From the NCBI GenBank assembly GCA_963693365.1, contig CAVNZM010000013.1, positions 7,330,713-7,394,712 on the forward strand: DNA of 64,000 bases, given 5' to 3'. The notes under the pieces are model-generated. The model was not told the DNA's origin, ran no database searches, and saw only the letters and a list, made by a program, of their open reading frames with translations. Within the stretch, counting starts at the first letter, position 1. Every line of letters starts with the position of its first letter. The translations under genes and the position numbers were made by a program. Below, one piece after another: positions 41,542 to 64,000 of this stretch. The stretch is from Amoebidium appalachense. Taxonomy: Eukaryota; Protista; Ichthyosporea.

Positions 41542-43007
41542 CCTTCGATAGTCTAATCATTGTTTCCCCCCTGCCTGTTTGTACGCGACCCCAGTACTAG
41601 CTAGTGGGATGCACCTGTATATATGTATATATATATATAGTATATACTAACCGAAGGTACTACATCTATAAACAAGTTTACATGATCTAAATATATTCTA
41701 CGTAAATAGAACAGTTACCCATTGTGTACTTGCTACAACTATCAGATATGTAACGTTAGAGTTGGCGTTTGGCTCGCCATAAATACCCACCCATGCCCCC
41801 TGCTGACACGCTCGGCTGCAAACAAAATTTTTTGGGGACGGTTTCGGAGGCTTTTAGTGGTCACTTCGCTCGGAGATCTGGAGTTTAGGAGGTAGACCTT
41901 TTGAATTGGGCGGCAAAAGATCTATTCTTGTTCATTTGTGTATTGGCGTAACAGGCATTTGTGCGTCCCGTTATCATGCATTTCATTATGCTATTTCGGA
42001 CACATATAGTATAAAACTTCAAACTCAAATAGAGCGAGAGACCAGCGTTGTGTTGAATGTGACAAGTATTCTCCTCTTGAATGCAGTACGCAATCATGAC
42101 ATTTCTAATTTTAGCATAGATCACAAAAGCCAATCAGCATCACGGAAAGATTTCGAAAGATCTCAGTCCCAATAGCAGATCCGAAATTTTGCACATGATA
42201 ACCGGATGTTCAGGTTTGCTCCAAGAAAAAAATATAAATAATCCTTCTTTTTTCTGCTATATTCTCTTTTCAAAATACTGCCACTTTGACTTCTTGCAGG
42301 CCCTACGCTTTGCATACGCAGACGATAATTACGGTAGATCTATGCATGTGCATCGCTCAACGTTTTATTTTGTCAGTTGCGCACATATCGGTTGTTATTC
42401 ACCAATCATAAATCGAAGCTCAATCTGCCACGTGCAGATCATAATGACGAGCTTCAAGCACGCAAAGGAAGGCCTGTGACCCTCAGATGTTATTCGACGT
42501 CCTAGAAAACCTTGTGGAGCATGTCGACTCCCACTGTATTCGCTTCAAATCCTTGAATATTCTTTTGACATTATTGGGTGGGAAAAAAATCTCCTGATGT
42601 ACATGTGCATGTCCATAATAAATATGCACAAGGCGTATTACATGTGTCAAATTCTCAATTGACATGCAAAACAGCTCTAACATGTACATGTAAATTTATT
42701 CACAAGCAACACGATTTATTATGTGCTCATGCCCTTGCCAATTGGTTAGTGAGCAAACTCTGACAACTCTGTTTTTGGCCTAGGCTAACCTGTCCAATTT
42801 ATTCAAAGTTTCAACTGCCAAGTTACACTGCTCGGAGCACATCAGTTGCTCTAAATTTACGGAATTGATTTGCTAGCAATCTTTTATTATGGTTTGCGCG
42901 AGTTATTCATAGCTTTTTGTTTCTTGTTTGTGGGTCGATGTTTGGCACATTCTGCTGGGTTACGAGGTAAAAAGGAATCATATTAGCACAGAAATATTAC
43001 TAACAGA

Positions 43008-44153
43008 ATGACTGGACATTCAAACGCAGGTGCTTGTTTGGCCAAAAGCCCAAGCGTGCACACAGGCAGCCACACCTCCACAGAACCCAGTGGTAACATT
43101 TTCTCACGCACATGTGCACTTCCTGTAACATCTGCGCACACGCGGAAGTATTGGGGTTTTGTCATGGCCCTGTTTACTGCATCAACCTTGTGGTTGGCAA
43201 TGTTTGGATTGTCTTCACAGACCACAGTGGCTGCTGTTGTGATTTCAAACGTGGGATCAAACGAAAGGGGAACCGCAAAACAGTTTCCAACGCAAAATGC
43301 TATAAACACTGAAGATGAAAAGTGGTTGAATGCGGACAACGAACACCAACCACCCGAAAACTACTACACATATGCAGTCCCCGAACAGGTTGTACCCAAG
43401 GCAAGTGCTTGGGCATTTCGTTCGTGCAGGGAGCCAAGCATGCTTGCACTAACGTTTGACGACGGCCCATTTCCAACCACCCACCCCATTCTCGATGTGC
43501 TAAAGGAGGAGGGTGTAAAGGCAACCTTTTTCGTAAACGGTTTCAACATCGACCCGAAATGCAAAGAACGGAAATCAAATAATGCCACGTCACGTTGGGA
43601 TCCCAACCGGCCCACGTATTCGTATGAGTGTGCGCAAGATGCAGAGTTCATGTTGCAGTGCCAAAATGCACTCAGGCGAATGCATGAGGAAGGGCACGAG
43701 ATTGGCAGCCACACGTATTTCCACGCATTCACACCGGGCCTTAACAACGATGAGCTCCGTGCACGGCTTTCAGAACTAAAGGATGCCGTGGAGGGCATTC
43801 TGGGCAAAGGCACCCTGTCACCAATCCTACGCCCTCCCTATATTCGCACAAGCTACCGCATCACGCGTGTAGCCTCTACGGAGGGATATGTTGTTGTGCA
43901 AGCAAACGTCCACCTGAAGGAATACCGCACGCCCACACTCGAAGGTAAAATGTCGAATATCACTGCTACGAGATGGGAAAATGCACTCCGTTGGCACGAA
44001 AGAGGAGACCCAGGCATGTCGTCTATGGTGACGTACCAGCACGACTATGTGGCAAATGCCCCCCTGGTGGCCCGCGAGTTGATTCGCTCAGCGCGCAAGG
44101 CAGGTATGCGCGTGGTGACGGCTGGTGAATGTGTAGGATTGGTTCGTAAATAG
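43008..44153 (+). CDS. Polysaccharide (chitin/peptidoglycan-type) deacetylase, CE4 / NodB-homology domain, N-terminal membrane anchor; intronless, 381 aa
   Basis: Motifs LTFDDGP, KATFFVNG, GHEIGSHTYFH, LRPPY, QHD and C-terminal VTAGEC; hydrophobic segment YWGFVMALFTASTLWLAMFGL. Confidence 0.95.
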   Translation: MTGHSNAGACLAKSPSVHTGSHTSTEPSGNIFSRTCALPVTSAHTRKYWGFVMALFTASTLWLAMFGLSSQTTVAAVVISNVGSNERGTAKQFPTQNAINTEDEKWLNADNEHQPPENYYTYAVPEQVVPKASAWAFRSCREPSMLALTFDDGPFPTTHPILDVLKEEGVKATFFVNGFNIDPKCKERKSNNATSRWDPNRPTYSYECAQDAEFMLQCQNALRRMHEEGHEIGSHTYFHAFTPGLNNDELRARLSELKDAVEGILGKGTLSPILRPPYIRTSYRITRVASTEGYVVVQANVHLKEYRTPTLEGKMSNITATRWENALRWHERGDPGMSSMVTYQHDYVANAPLVARELIRSARKAGMRVVTAGECVGLVRK

Positions 44154-45867
44154 TTAGACAATGAATGCCCGTGCTACTTTTTCCTTATTCTTGCGGCGGG
44201 ATGGACAGGCTCTGCTCCTAAAATTATTACCATTATGGTGTTGATTGACAAGTGATAATCAATCCATAAGGCCTAATGCCTTTTCACCTACACCGTATGT
44301 TTCTATACATCTGTGATAATTTGAGTTTATTTGCAACATTAGCACAGTGTGTCACGATCATGCTTGCAGTTGTATGTTTACGGCACACGATCTGGTATGA
44401 ATGAGTCTTAACTATATGTATTCAGGCATGCACCGATGCGTATGTGATAGCGAGCATTGGAACATTCAACATTTTTATGTATGCACTGCTCATTCATGCA
44501 CATACAAAAGCATCCCACTCACTCAGGCCCAGCAAGGATGAACTTGTTCATTTTGGTGCAATATTCCATGCAGGCCATCTGAAAATTTATTCAAAATCAT
44601 TTATCAAGTCATCGCTATGCCATTGAGATACAGTGCTCGTACCACAACTCTTTCCATAAAATTTGAAAGAATAACTCCCCCCCCCCCCCCCCCCCCCGGT
44701 GGGCCTTCCCGGCAGGAGCGGGACCCTCCTCTACTATCCCAGCCCCCCCCCCCCCCCCCCCCCCCTCCCCCCCTCCCACCACCACCCCCCTCCCTCCCGC
44801 CACCGCCCCCTCCCCCCCTCCGCCCTGAGCCCTCTAGCTACCTCCCCCCCCCCCCCCCCCCCCCCCCCCCCCATTTTCCCTTCTCCCTCCCCCTTCACCT
44901 CCCCCCCCCCCCCCCCCCCCCCCCCCCGCCCCCCAATCCCCGGGGGGCAAATAAGAACGTGACAGCGGCTGTCAACAAAAGTTAAGAATAAGCACACGGG
45001 CCACATTTTGGGGGGGTTTATTATTGGCAGATCTAGAAAGTGTTACTGTATCCAACTGTGGACGATCCCCCTTATGGGATTTAACGGGGGGGGGGGGGGG
45101 GGGGGGGGGGGGGATTTCCTCACTGGGCACGGATAAGCCGAATTTTTTGCGGGAATATTTATATTATGAAATGAGCTCTCAAAGAATATTCCCGGCGGCT
45201 GGGCCACTGATCCTCGAAGAGAAAGGAGAGCACACCTTTCACTCACTCGCCCAAGGGGTGGGCAAGGGGGTATAAGAAGGGGGAGGGGGGGAGGGGGGGA
45301 GGGGGGGGCACATGATGACGAGTGAGCAAAGAGTTATTCTTACTTTTAATAAGCAGGAACCTCAGGTCCCCGAGGAAGAAAAGGGAGGGAGGGAAAGGGT
45401 GGGGATGCACATAGGATGTCGGCGGGAGAAGGCCGGTGGGGGTGGGTGGGTTGGGTTGGGGGGGGGGGGGGGGGGGGGGGGAGAGGGGGGAGGGGGGGGG
45501 GGGGGAGAAGGGGGGGGGAGAGAGATAAGTGGGACACAAGAGGGGAGGGTGAGAGGGAGGGTGGGATGTTGGAAGGGAAGGGGAAGGGGGTGTTGCGTTT
45601 GCAACCCGATTAGTAAACCTTTTGGCACACCATTTGAACATGGGAGAGTCACCTGCCTTTATCAGAGACGAGCACATCAAAAGCAACAGAATTTTTGCGG
45701 GGGTATGTTTAACCGTTGGTTGTGTGTCTGTGTGTGTGTGTGTGTGCACGTGCGTGCACAAGCGTGTGTGTGAGTGCACGCGTGTATACGTGTGTATGTG
45801 TACGCCGCGCATGTGCGAATGTGTGCGTTTGTGTGTGTTTCGGGGGCGTCAAGGGGTGTGTGTGTGT

Positions 45868-45922
<55 letters not shown>

Positions 45923-46248
45923 GTGGGGAGGGGGGGGGGGGGAGGGGGAGGGAAAAGGGGGGCGACCTAGTGGCATGTTAATAAAGTAGAATACATTCTA
46001 TTGAATCGAATTTTTGTGGTAAGGCCGCAATGATTCATCATGACAGGGTATGTAACTTCGGCTCAAATGTTTATTAGCGCCGCATACTTGTATTTCTGAG
46101 ATAAGTAATTAATGTTCTCGGAGTTCGTGCTAGGCAGTGGCCCCTGCCAACAACATGTGATCGTGTGGGCAAAAAATTAAACTTAACATCATTTGAGGGA
46201 AACAATACCGTCTTGGAGCCTATCGATATACACAGGAGCCCATTACAA

Positions 46249-46424
46249 TGGCATGGAATACAAAAGAGGTCGTAAAAAACAACTTTGTCGGACATCATCA
46301 CGCGTAGCAATTAAAAGGCTCACTGCAACAAACACACACCACAACACGTTCAACCACAATCCCTAGGGCTAGTACCCACCCGAACTTAAGTCGGTGGCAT
46401 GGAATACAAAAAAAGTTCATAAAA

Positions 46425-46465
<41 letters not shown>

Positions 46466-46558
46466 AAAAAAAAGAAGAAAAAAAAAAAAAGAACTTGTGA
46501 CCGTCATCACGCGTAGTAATTAAAAATGGCTCACTGTAACAAACACACACCACAACAC
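46249..46558. repeat. Diverged tandem pair of a ~100-bp unit; the second copy carries an extra C30 + A-rich tract
   Basis: TGGCATGGAATACAAAA...TCATCACGCGTAG.AATTAAAA..GGCTCACTG.AACAAACACACACCACAACAC at 46249 and 46395. Confidence 0.85.
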
Positions 46559-46681
46559 TTGCTATCTTGCGATAAGTTAGTGTGCTTGCACGAGGAGACC
46601 GTTTGTTCAAAGTCGGTACATGGGGAGAAAACATGGCATTGTTACATGTTACTGGAGTTTGCGTTCAATGACATTGCCTAA

Positions 46682-47829
46682 CTACTTACGAACCAGCCCT
46701 ACACATTCACCGGCCGTCACCACACGCATACCTGCCTTGCGCGCTGAGCGAATCAACTCACGGGCCACCAGGGGGGCATTTGCCACATAGTCGTGCTGGT
46801 ACGTCACCATGGAGGTCATGCCTGGGTCTCCTCTTTCGTGCCGTTGAAGGGCATCCACCCATCTCAGAGCAGTGATATTGCTGATCTCCCCTTGGAGGGT
46901 AGGCATGCGAAAATCCTTGAGGTGAACGTTTGCTTGGAAAACAACATATCCCTCCGAATAAGCGACATGAGTAATGCGGTAGTTTGTGCGAATATAGGGA
47001 GGGCGGAGGATTGGTGACAGAGCGTCTTTGCCCAGAATGCCCTCCACGGCATCCTTCAGTTCTGAAAGCTGTACACGGAGCTCATCGTTGTTAAGACCCG
47101 GTGTGAATGCGTGGAAATATGTGTGGCTGCCAATCTCGTGCCCCTCCTCATGGATTCGCCTGAGTGCATTTTGGCACTGCAACATGAACTCTGCATCTTG
47201 CGCACACTCATACGAATACGTGGGCCGGTTAGGATCCCGAAGAGCGGTAACGTTATTGGATTTCCGTTCTTTGCATTTCGGGTCGATGTTGAAGCCGTTT
47301 ACGAAAAACGTTGCCGTTACACCCTCCTCCATTAGCACATCGAGAATGGGATGGGTGGAAGGGAGGGGACCGTCGTCAAACGTTAGTGCGAGCATGTTTG
47401 GCTCCTTGCACGAACGAAATGCCCAAGCACTTGCCTTAGGTGCAACCTGTTCGGGGGCTGCATACGTGTAGTAGTGTTCGGGTGGTTGGTGTTCGTTGTC
47501 CGCATTCAACCACTTTTTATCGTCAATGGCCATGGTTTTGGCACTGTACGTCGGGACTTGCGTAACTGCGTCCTTTTTTAACTGAAAACCTATCAAAGGT
47601 TCAACAACAGTGTCCTCAAAGGGGAATCCATGATTCCAAACAACAACATGCATGCAACGAAGAGGGGAATTGCAATACCCCAATACCTGAAAGAGTGTGC
47701 AAGTGGTATCGTCGATTGTGCATGTGAAACACTGCCATTGATGTGTTCTATGGAGATGTAGGGGTCTATTTGTTCTGAAAGGTTTGGGCTTTTGGCCAAA
47801 CATAGCCCTGAATCCAAGTGTGTAGTCAT
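46682..47829 (-). CDS. Second CE4 polysaccharide deacetylase (inverted paralog); 1-nt frameshift near 47628 (assembly error or pseudogene)
   Basis: Catalytic domain closely matches 43008-44153. The true N-terminus is ORF 47593-47829 (MTTHLDSGLCLAKSP...RYWGIAIPLF), homologous to copy 1 (MTGHSNAGACLAKSP...KYWGFVMALF) but in a different frame from the catalytic domain. Confidence 0.9.
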
Positions 47830-49920
47830 TTTGCAATTTGCGGTTTGGCTTCTACCATTACCACGTGTTGTGAACGAATTTAGGGTGGTACGTCGGTGTG
47901 TTACAGTAGTTAGCAGCAGCTATAGGCAAAGGCTGAGATCATTCGTGCTCTGGTGGGATGTTCATTTCAAAGAAGAAGAAGAAGAATAAGAAGAAAGAAG
48001 ACTGCCCGAAGCTCTGAAAAGAGAAAACATGCGGGCCCTTCGTTATTACGTGGCAATCATTATGTACTCACTCGGAAGAGTATGCATGTGTTGTTCACGA
48101 AAAAAAAAAAAAAAAGAAAAAAAAAACCCCAAACTCAAACTTCTTTTGATTTGCTTGCCACCACTGCAACCACACGGCCCTAGCGGCCCGTCCATCTTTA
48201 TTAGAATCATAATCCTGATCTTTGAAGCTACAGCAGAACAGTAAGCCTAAATGAATAACCAACCATGGTCTGTAAAGTACCTATGCAAACGACCAAACTT
48301 GAGAGCCTCTTTGGAGTTTCAGCTTCGTATTATTATATCAGATACCATGTCCCCAAAGGGCTTTCTAGTCGATCATTGCGAATGCGGGGACTAAATAATG
48401 GACTGCGCAGCATATGCATGACTGTGACGCATGCATGCGGATGGGTGAAAAATATTTTTGTTACTATGCCGTGGGTACGGCCGTCTATTACTGGGCAGCT
48501 GTATCGCAGCCCAGTGCGCTTCACGCTCCAATGGAATATGCAACTATTGGTTATGTTAGATACTAATACATCACTTTATTCTGCTTCCTACATCAAAAAG
48601 AGTAAAAAGAGAAGTAAGAATTTTCGACAAGGGAACAAGGAGTACAAAGGGAGTGATCTATTTTTAGCATCGCAATCCACGGAGCACAGTCTCCCTAGAA
48701 TGGCAACACGAGGACGCTAAAAGAAAAAAAAAGGGGTGACAAAACAAGAAGCACTTGTTTGCATAGAGCTAGGTAACACGAATTTCTACTAAGTGTACAT
48801 CCGTTGTTCAAAAATACGCAATTTGGCTCAGATATTTAGGGCGAGGGCCGGCCGATGATGGGGAGGGGCGATCAGTGGAGAACACCTCCGATTTAGTAAA
48901 CCAAACGCATCACTCGACGCAGCTCTATTGGGCCAATGAAACAGCGTCTATCTAAATCTTATTCTTCCAATAGATGCAGATCTAATCACTCTGACGGTGC
49001 TGTCTCCCTGCAACTGCGGCCTCTTCTTCTTTTATGTTTTTTTTTCTTCTTTTTTTTCTTTCTTTTTCTTTCTTTTTTTGCCCCCCTTCTTCTTCTTTTT
49101 TTTTTTTTTGTCGCCGTCCCGCAGCGTAGTAAGACCGGGCCCGGCTACTTACGTAAGCCAGCGGGTACATCCCTGACATGACATGACTCCATGTTCACTG
49201 TGTTGGCAATGTAAACAACTGAAACAACGTTTACACAAAGCAAGCAAGCAATGCCATTCGGAAATGACAATCCTATACTACGGCATGGGTGTAGTGAGCG
49301 TGTACAAGGCCAGTACTTGTCAAGTTTGTGTACGTAAACTTTGTGACAAGCGAGCTATATATACAAATTGTGTAAATGCATGGTCGTGATATTAGTAGCA
49401 CACGAGCTAGCTAGATAGCGCTGTGTGTGGAGATGTGTGTGGTGTGTCACACGCGTGCGCTTTCGCGTGTTCCCCTAACGGTTTTTGTGTTCAGAAATTT
49501 GCCCGTTGAATCTTCCTGGGGAAAACATAGATGCATAATATTATTCAAACAATAGTGTGCGGGACGCGTCTTGGCTCCTGTCCTGTTACTATAGTCGACG
49601 TATGCATGTTCGTGTATCGATGGTATGCACGCGAGCTCCCATGCCAGGCACTACAACTGACTCACGGCCCTGAGCTCGAGACCGTCTGCTGAAAGAGGGC
49701 ACCAGGGCCTGTTCGAACTCGGGAAGTTCGAACACGCAGTCGCGAGGCCTATCTATGCTAGCTTGTGCGCTAATTATAATATGCATAGTACTAGTAGTAC
49801 TAGTACTATTCTACGCAAGTTTGCCATTCTCTCTCTCTCAGGCTGTACGTACGTGTGTGGTGTAATGATATATATGTAATGTGCGTGCGTGCGCATGCGT
49901 GCGTGCGTGCGTGCGTGTTT

Positions 49921-49951
<31 letters not shown>

Positions 49952-49980
49952 GTGTGTGTACGTGTGTGTGTGTGTGTGTA

Positions 49981-50125
<145 letters not shown>

Positions 50126-50190
50126 ATTAGTGCCTCAGTGACGTACACTGCGGCCTCAGCCGGGGCTGCCAGCCTGCCGCTTGCTCGTAA

Positions 50191-52005
50191 TTTTTTTTTT
50201 TCTTTTGACTGGATTTATTCGACGGAAAGATATGCAAGTATGCACGGCATACTGAGAAGACAATAAAAACTTCACGAGTTATCCAGTAACAAGTGCATAC
50301 TGAGATACCTGAACACTGTGTGAAAATCGTATAAATACTCAATGTGACGACCAACAGAATTCAACAAAAAGTCTAAAGTGTTCACATTGCCAGCTAGTGT
50401 AGCAGATACCCGTAGGGAAAGAGGTAAAACGCGACATAAAAATTCACACCTATCAACATGCTTGCGATTAAAAAGGTCAGCACAAAAGTGGCACCAGCGG
50501 CGATGAAAACAAGAATTACAGCGCCACTGCACAACTTCCCAGGCAATATCAACATCAGAGCACCATACAGACTTATCTACTAAGGTGGTATCCATACGGA
50601 CAGCAGGAGAAATGTATCCTGCCAAAGCTCCCAAAAAGCGATAATGAGCAGCACGGTGTTGCCTAAGGAACATAACACATGCCGACTGAGTTTTACCTTT
50701 GATTTCTCTATCAGAACGAGAAAGAAACTTATACTGCGTATGGTAATAACGCGAAAAGGCAGAAAAAACAGGAAGAGAAAAGAAAGAGGGAGTGAGATAG
50801 CGAGAGGAAGAATCAGGTGGAAAGAGGGTAGGCTGAGGACATTCAGAAGTAGCGTTGGTGAATCGGGGGGGAAGAGGGATGGAGGGAGGGGGGGGAAAGA
50901 AAGCATAAAGAGGGTGACCATCAGGTAGCCTAACTAAATGAAAACAAAAACGAAGAGACAATTCCTCCATACGACAAACAGCAGACGACAATCCAAACAT
51001 ACTGATTAAGGGAGGCACAAACCGAGTACGAAACAAAGTGCGCAGCGCAGTACCCTGAAAATCGTCGAACTCGTTCAGCGCCATTGCCGCCTCGCGAGGT
51101 GGGGCGCAGGCCAATAGCGGAAGTCCATATTCGAAGTCGGCCGTAAAGAAGTTTTATAGTAGAGAAGAAGGTTCGCAGGATGGATCACAGATTCCTGTTG
51201 AAACATACTTGACACGATGTGAAGCTTACCCTTCGCACGAGCGATCCGTGCCGTGAGGACCTTGCGGAAATCAATACCCCGTGCAGTAAAAGGAATACCC
51301 AAATAGTCATAGGTACTCTGAACAGGAATAGGAAGACCGGCCAATCGAAAGGAAGTGTTCTTCGAAAAAGCCTACGTAGTAGCACACTTTGCAATTCCGA
51401 CTGTCATGAGATTCTCGGTGCACCATTGATCCACCTGACGAAGCATCTGGTGCTGACATCTTCGGTTAAGGAACAAAGAACAATATCGTCCGCAAAAAGG
51501 AGACCCGGTACACGGCGGGTATGCAGTTGGCCAAAGGGTTCGAGGGCGCAGGCTAAATCGTCAATGAAAACGTCAAACAACAACGGACTCAGGAGGGACC
51601 CCTGCAGAAGACCCCGGGAACGGGAAAAACCGGGTGTTAATTATAATGTTCCATTGACCGCCGCTCGTCCGCGAGTGGTATCGAACAACGCTTGCAGAAA
51701 ACGGCCAAAGGGGGCTGGTAAGCCCCGCATAGCCAGCTTATGCCATAACAAACCAGTGGGTACGGTGTCGTAGGCGTTCTTAAGGTCGATGAAGACAACG
51801 TGTGGAGAGCCAGACGTAATGGATTCATGGAGTAACAGACTGTGAGTATAACACGAATAGGCATGACGAAAGCCCCCTTGAAGGGAAGAAAGACGGAACA
51901 CGGCGTTTAAAGAATCGTCGGTGTGAAAGGCGCGAAGCATGCAACCCTCGAAGAGCCGACGAAAAACGTTGGTAAGTGTGACGGGACGAAAGTCGTTAAT
52001 TCCGC
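50191..52005 (-). mobile_element. 5'-truncated, decayed non-LTR retrotransposon (LINE): RT domain, C-terminal CCHC finger, short 3' UTR, poly(A)
   Basis: FRPVTLTN, QGGFR, FIDLKNAYDTV, GLLQGSLLSPLLF, LLFADD, YDYLG, then C-x2-C-x7-H-x3-C (CHFCADLFNRKHVDRC). In-frame stops and at least 2 frameshifts; stop at 50272; T-run at 50191. Clade not determined. Confidence 0.95.
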
Positions 52006-52944
52006 TAAATTAGGGAACTTGTGTAGCCACCATTGATTAATTTTGGCGGGAAAAAGAGTGAAATATCACAACTTGAAATGCAACCCGCCAATCTTTCGCC
52101 AGGACCTCGAGCTAGCCGGGCGCTCAGATCTAGAGACCAACAGGACAAGCTTTAGCGTATCCAGTAAAAAAATATAAACGAAAAAACTTATAGAAGTAGG
52201 ATTTTCGACTTTTTCTAGTGATAGCTAAGGGAATGCATGTTGCGTGTTCGGCCCAACAAGGTCATTGGATTGAACTTGATATACTCATCGTAATTCAATT
52301 TCTATTCTCCAAACACCAAACACACACTGTTGCTGATAAATTGTGTGTTCGGGAACAACAGAAAAGCCATTATGGTTTGAAAAGTCGCCCTAACAAAGCA
52401 GTCAAACACAGATACTGACACAGATCTAAATGCGAAGATGCTAAGAGTTCACGACTGAACAGCCACGAAGATGCTGGACCACAGCAGAGAGGGCCACCGA
52501 GCCTTCCCCGTTCTTTTCACCGGGGCTGGATTCGTTTCAAGAGATTTCCGTAAGGAGGTATATAAATTTGCTATTTTGGGATTGAAAACTTAAATCTTTT
52601 ATGGTGTTCCTGGGATCCCCCCCCCCCCCCCCCCCCCCCTCTCCTCCCCCCCCCCCTCCCCCCCCCCCCCCCCCCCCCCCCCGCACGGCACATCTGCTGT
52701 CTGCAGTTCTCCTCCCCCTCCCGTTCCCCACTCCAAAAGTCTTCTTCCACCCCTCAGATCCCCTTCTGGAAATCTCACTCTTAGATTTTCATTGAACTGC
52801 ATCCCCCAACAAACCAAGCACAACGACCAAAAACGAGCCCACAGACACAAGCGCTCAGTGCACACATGCTTGCACGCACGCACAAACGCACAACACACAC
52901 CCACACACGCGCATACACACACGCATGCACACGCACACGCACAC

Positions 52945-52985
<41 letters not shown>

Positions 52986-53182
52986 CTGCACACACACACG
53001 CGCGCGCGCACACACACACACACACATACGCGCACGCACGAACCCACACATGCACACGCACACGCACACACATGCGGGCGCGCACACACACAGAGGAATA
53101 AACGCACACACACACACACATACACCTACCCACCCACCCACCCACCACACACTCACACACACACGTGTACACAAACACACCC

Positions 53183-53216
<34 letters not shown>

Positions 53217-53558
53217 TGGAGAGAACGAGACAGAGAAAGAGGCACGCATACACATTAACTTTTCCTGGAAACAAAAACGCGCGCTGAGATATGCACGTAC
53301 TCAGCCCCAAACACCACACAAAGCAAGTTCTCTCGTCAAGTGCATGAGCACGACTGCGACTACGCACAGGAACACGTGCACAACCACAAACTGTTTACAC
53401 ACACGTGTATGTAGTTACACATATACATCATATGTATGTAAGTATATATCTAGGTTTGTATGAATGTGTGCGTATGCACGGATATGTACATGTGTGTACA
53501 CCTTCACACATACACACGCGCGCACGCGCGCGCACACACACACACACACACAAACACA

Positions 53559-53589
<31 letters not shown>

Positions 53590-54281
53590 GCGCGTGAATA
53601 CTCAAAAGCAGACACATGCACATACACAATGCACATGGGAAGAAGCGCACATGCACATTGACTATAACCCAGCAAAGACTGTACACGTGCATGCACACAA
53701 CAATTGGAAGCTCAGGTACAATACTCCTTAAAGACACAGACTTTTTATCCACACGCATGCGCACGAGTTTGCACACACACACAGAGAGGTGCTCAATCAA
53801 TAATTGCACACACAAACACCTGCCAAACATAAGGGGCACATCTAGTAGGCCAACCCACACAAACGTCTATATTTTCATTTTACAACACACGTAAGTTTCA
53901 CATGCAACACCCATTAGTTACATGGAAACCCACCCACTGAGCTCCCCCCCCCCCCCCCCCCTCCCCCCCCCCCCTCCCCCCCTTCACCCTCCTCCATTAA
54001 TATCCTCCCCCCCCCCCCCCTCCCCCCTCCCCCTCCCCACACACTCTCTCCTCCCCTATTCCTTTCACACACCTACCAACACCCGTTTACTATCCCCATT
54101 TTCCCAACCCATCCATCCCACCAACCACTCGTGTTCATTTCTTTCATGATTTGCCCCTTACCAACCCCCCCCCCCCCCCCCCTCCACCCTCCTCCCCTCT
54201 CCCCCCTCCCTCCCTCCCCCCCCTCCCCCCCCCCCCCCTTCTCCCCCCCCTGCCCCCCCCTCTCTCTCCCCGCCATGACAG

Positions 54282-63721
<9,440 letters not shown>

Positions 63722-63955
63722 GTGTGTTATCCTTTTTCCTGTTTCCAAGTGGTCTACGTTTCATCCTGCACTGTGTTGGTGTCATCGGAAAGTTCAAAGT
63801 CTGCTGGATACACAGATTTCCCCTCCCCCCCCCCCCCCCCCCCCCCTCCCCCAAAGTCCCCCAAAGCCACCAACACTACATATGCATACGCGTGTGCACG
63901 AGTGCGAGCACACACACGCACACACACATACACACACACAGGCACACAGACACAC

Positions 63956-64000
<45 letters not shown>

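Noticed and set aside
45024-45720. Exon-like fragments between the two deacetylases
   Set aside because: No consistent phase or recognisable motif; interrupted by G-runs.
47830-47836. 384-aa ORF start given by the track for deacetylase 2
   Set aside because: Non-ATG start in the wrong frame; the homologous N-terminus begins at ATG 47829.
48265-48720. 151-aa ORF
   Set aside because: No recognisable motif, splice context or promoter support.

Overview
Eukaryotic nuclear DNA with GT-AG spliceosomal introns. The lineage cannot be determined from the sequence. It is saturated with long C/G homopolymers and (CA)n/(TG)n microsatellites, so almost all ORFs in the supplied track (HTHT, CVCV, poly-P, poly-G) are artefacts. 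Splicing by hand gives seven gene models: (1) ~0.3-16.1 kb (+), a damaged gene with SMCHD1/GMI1-like order (ubiquitin-like fold, GHKL ATPase, Ig-like repeats, acidic repeat, SMC hinge); (2) 18.5-27.0 kb (+), an intact 10-exon secreted protein with Pmp-type GGA/FxxN beta-helix repeats; (3) 30.0-30.3 kb (+), a 95-aa intronless orphan behind a canonical TATA-Inr; (4) 34.6-39.6 kb (-), an intact 4-exon type II membrane glycosyltransferase resembling the putative rhamnosyltransferase family; (5, 6) a convergent inverted pair of intronless CE4 polysaccharide deacetylases, one frameshifted; (7) from ~54 kb onward (+), a multi-exon gene of uncertain identity, weakly SHOC1/ZIP2-like. Mobile DNA: a 5'-truncated, decayed LINE with four more 3'-end copies (three clustered, with TSDs), a ~770-bp highly structured tRNA-headed SINE-like element inserted in a (GT)n tract, and a ~100-bp dispersed intronic repeat. 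No CRISPR array, rRNA or intact tRNA was found. All family assignments come from motif recognition against recalled consensus sequences; no database searches were run.
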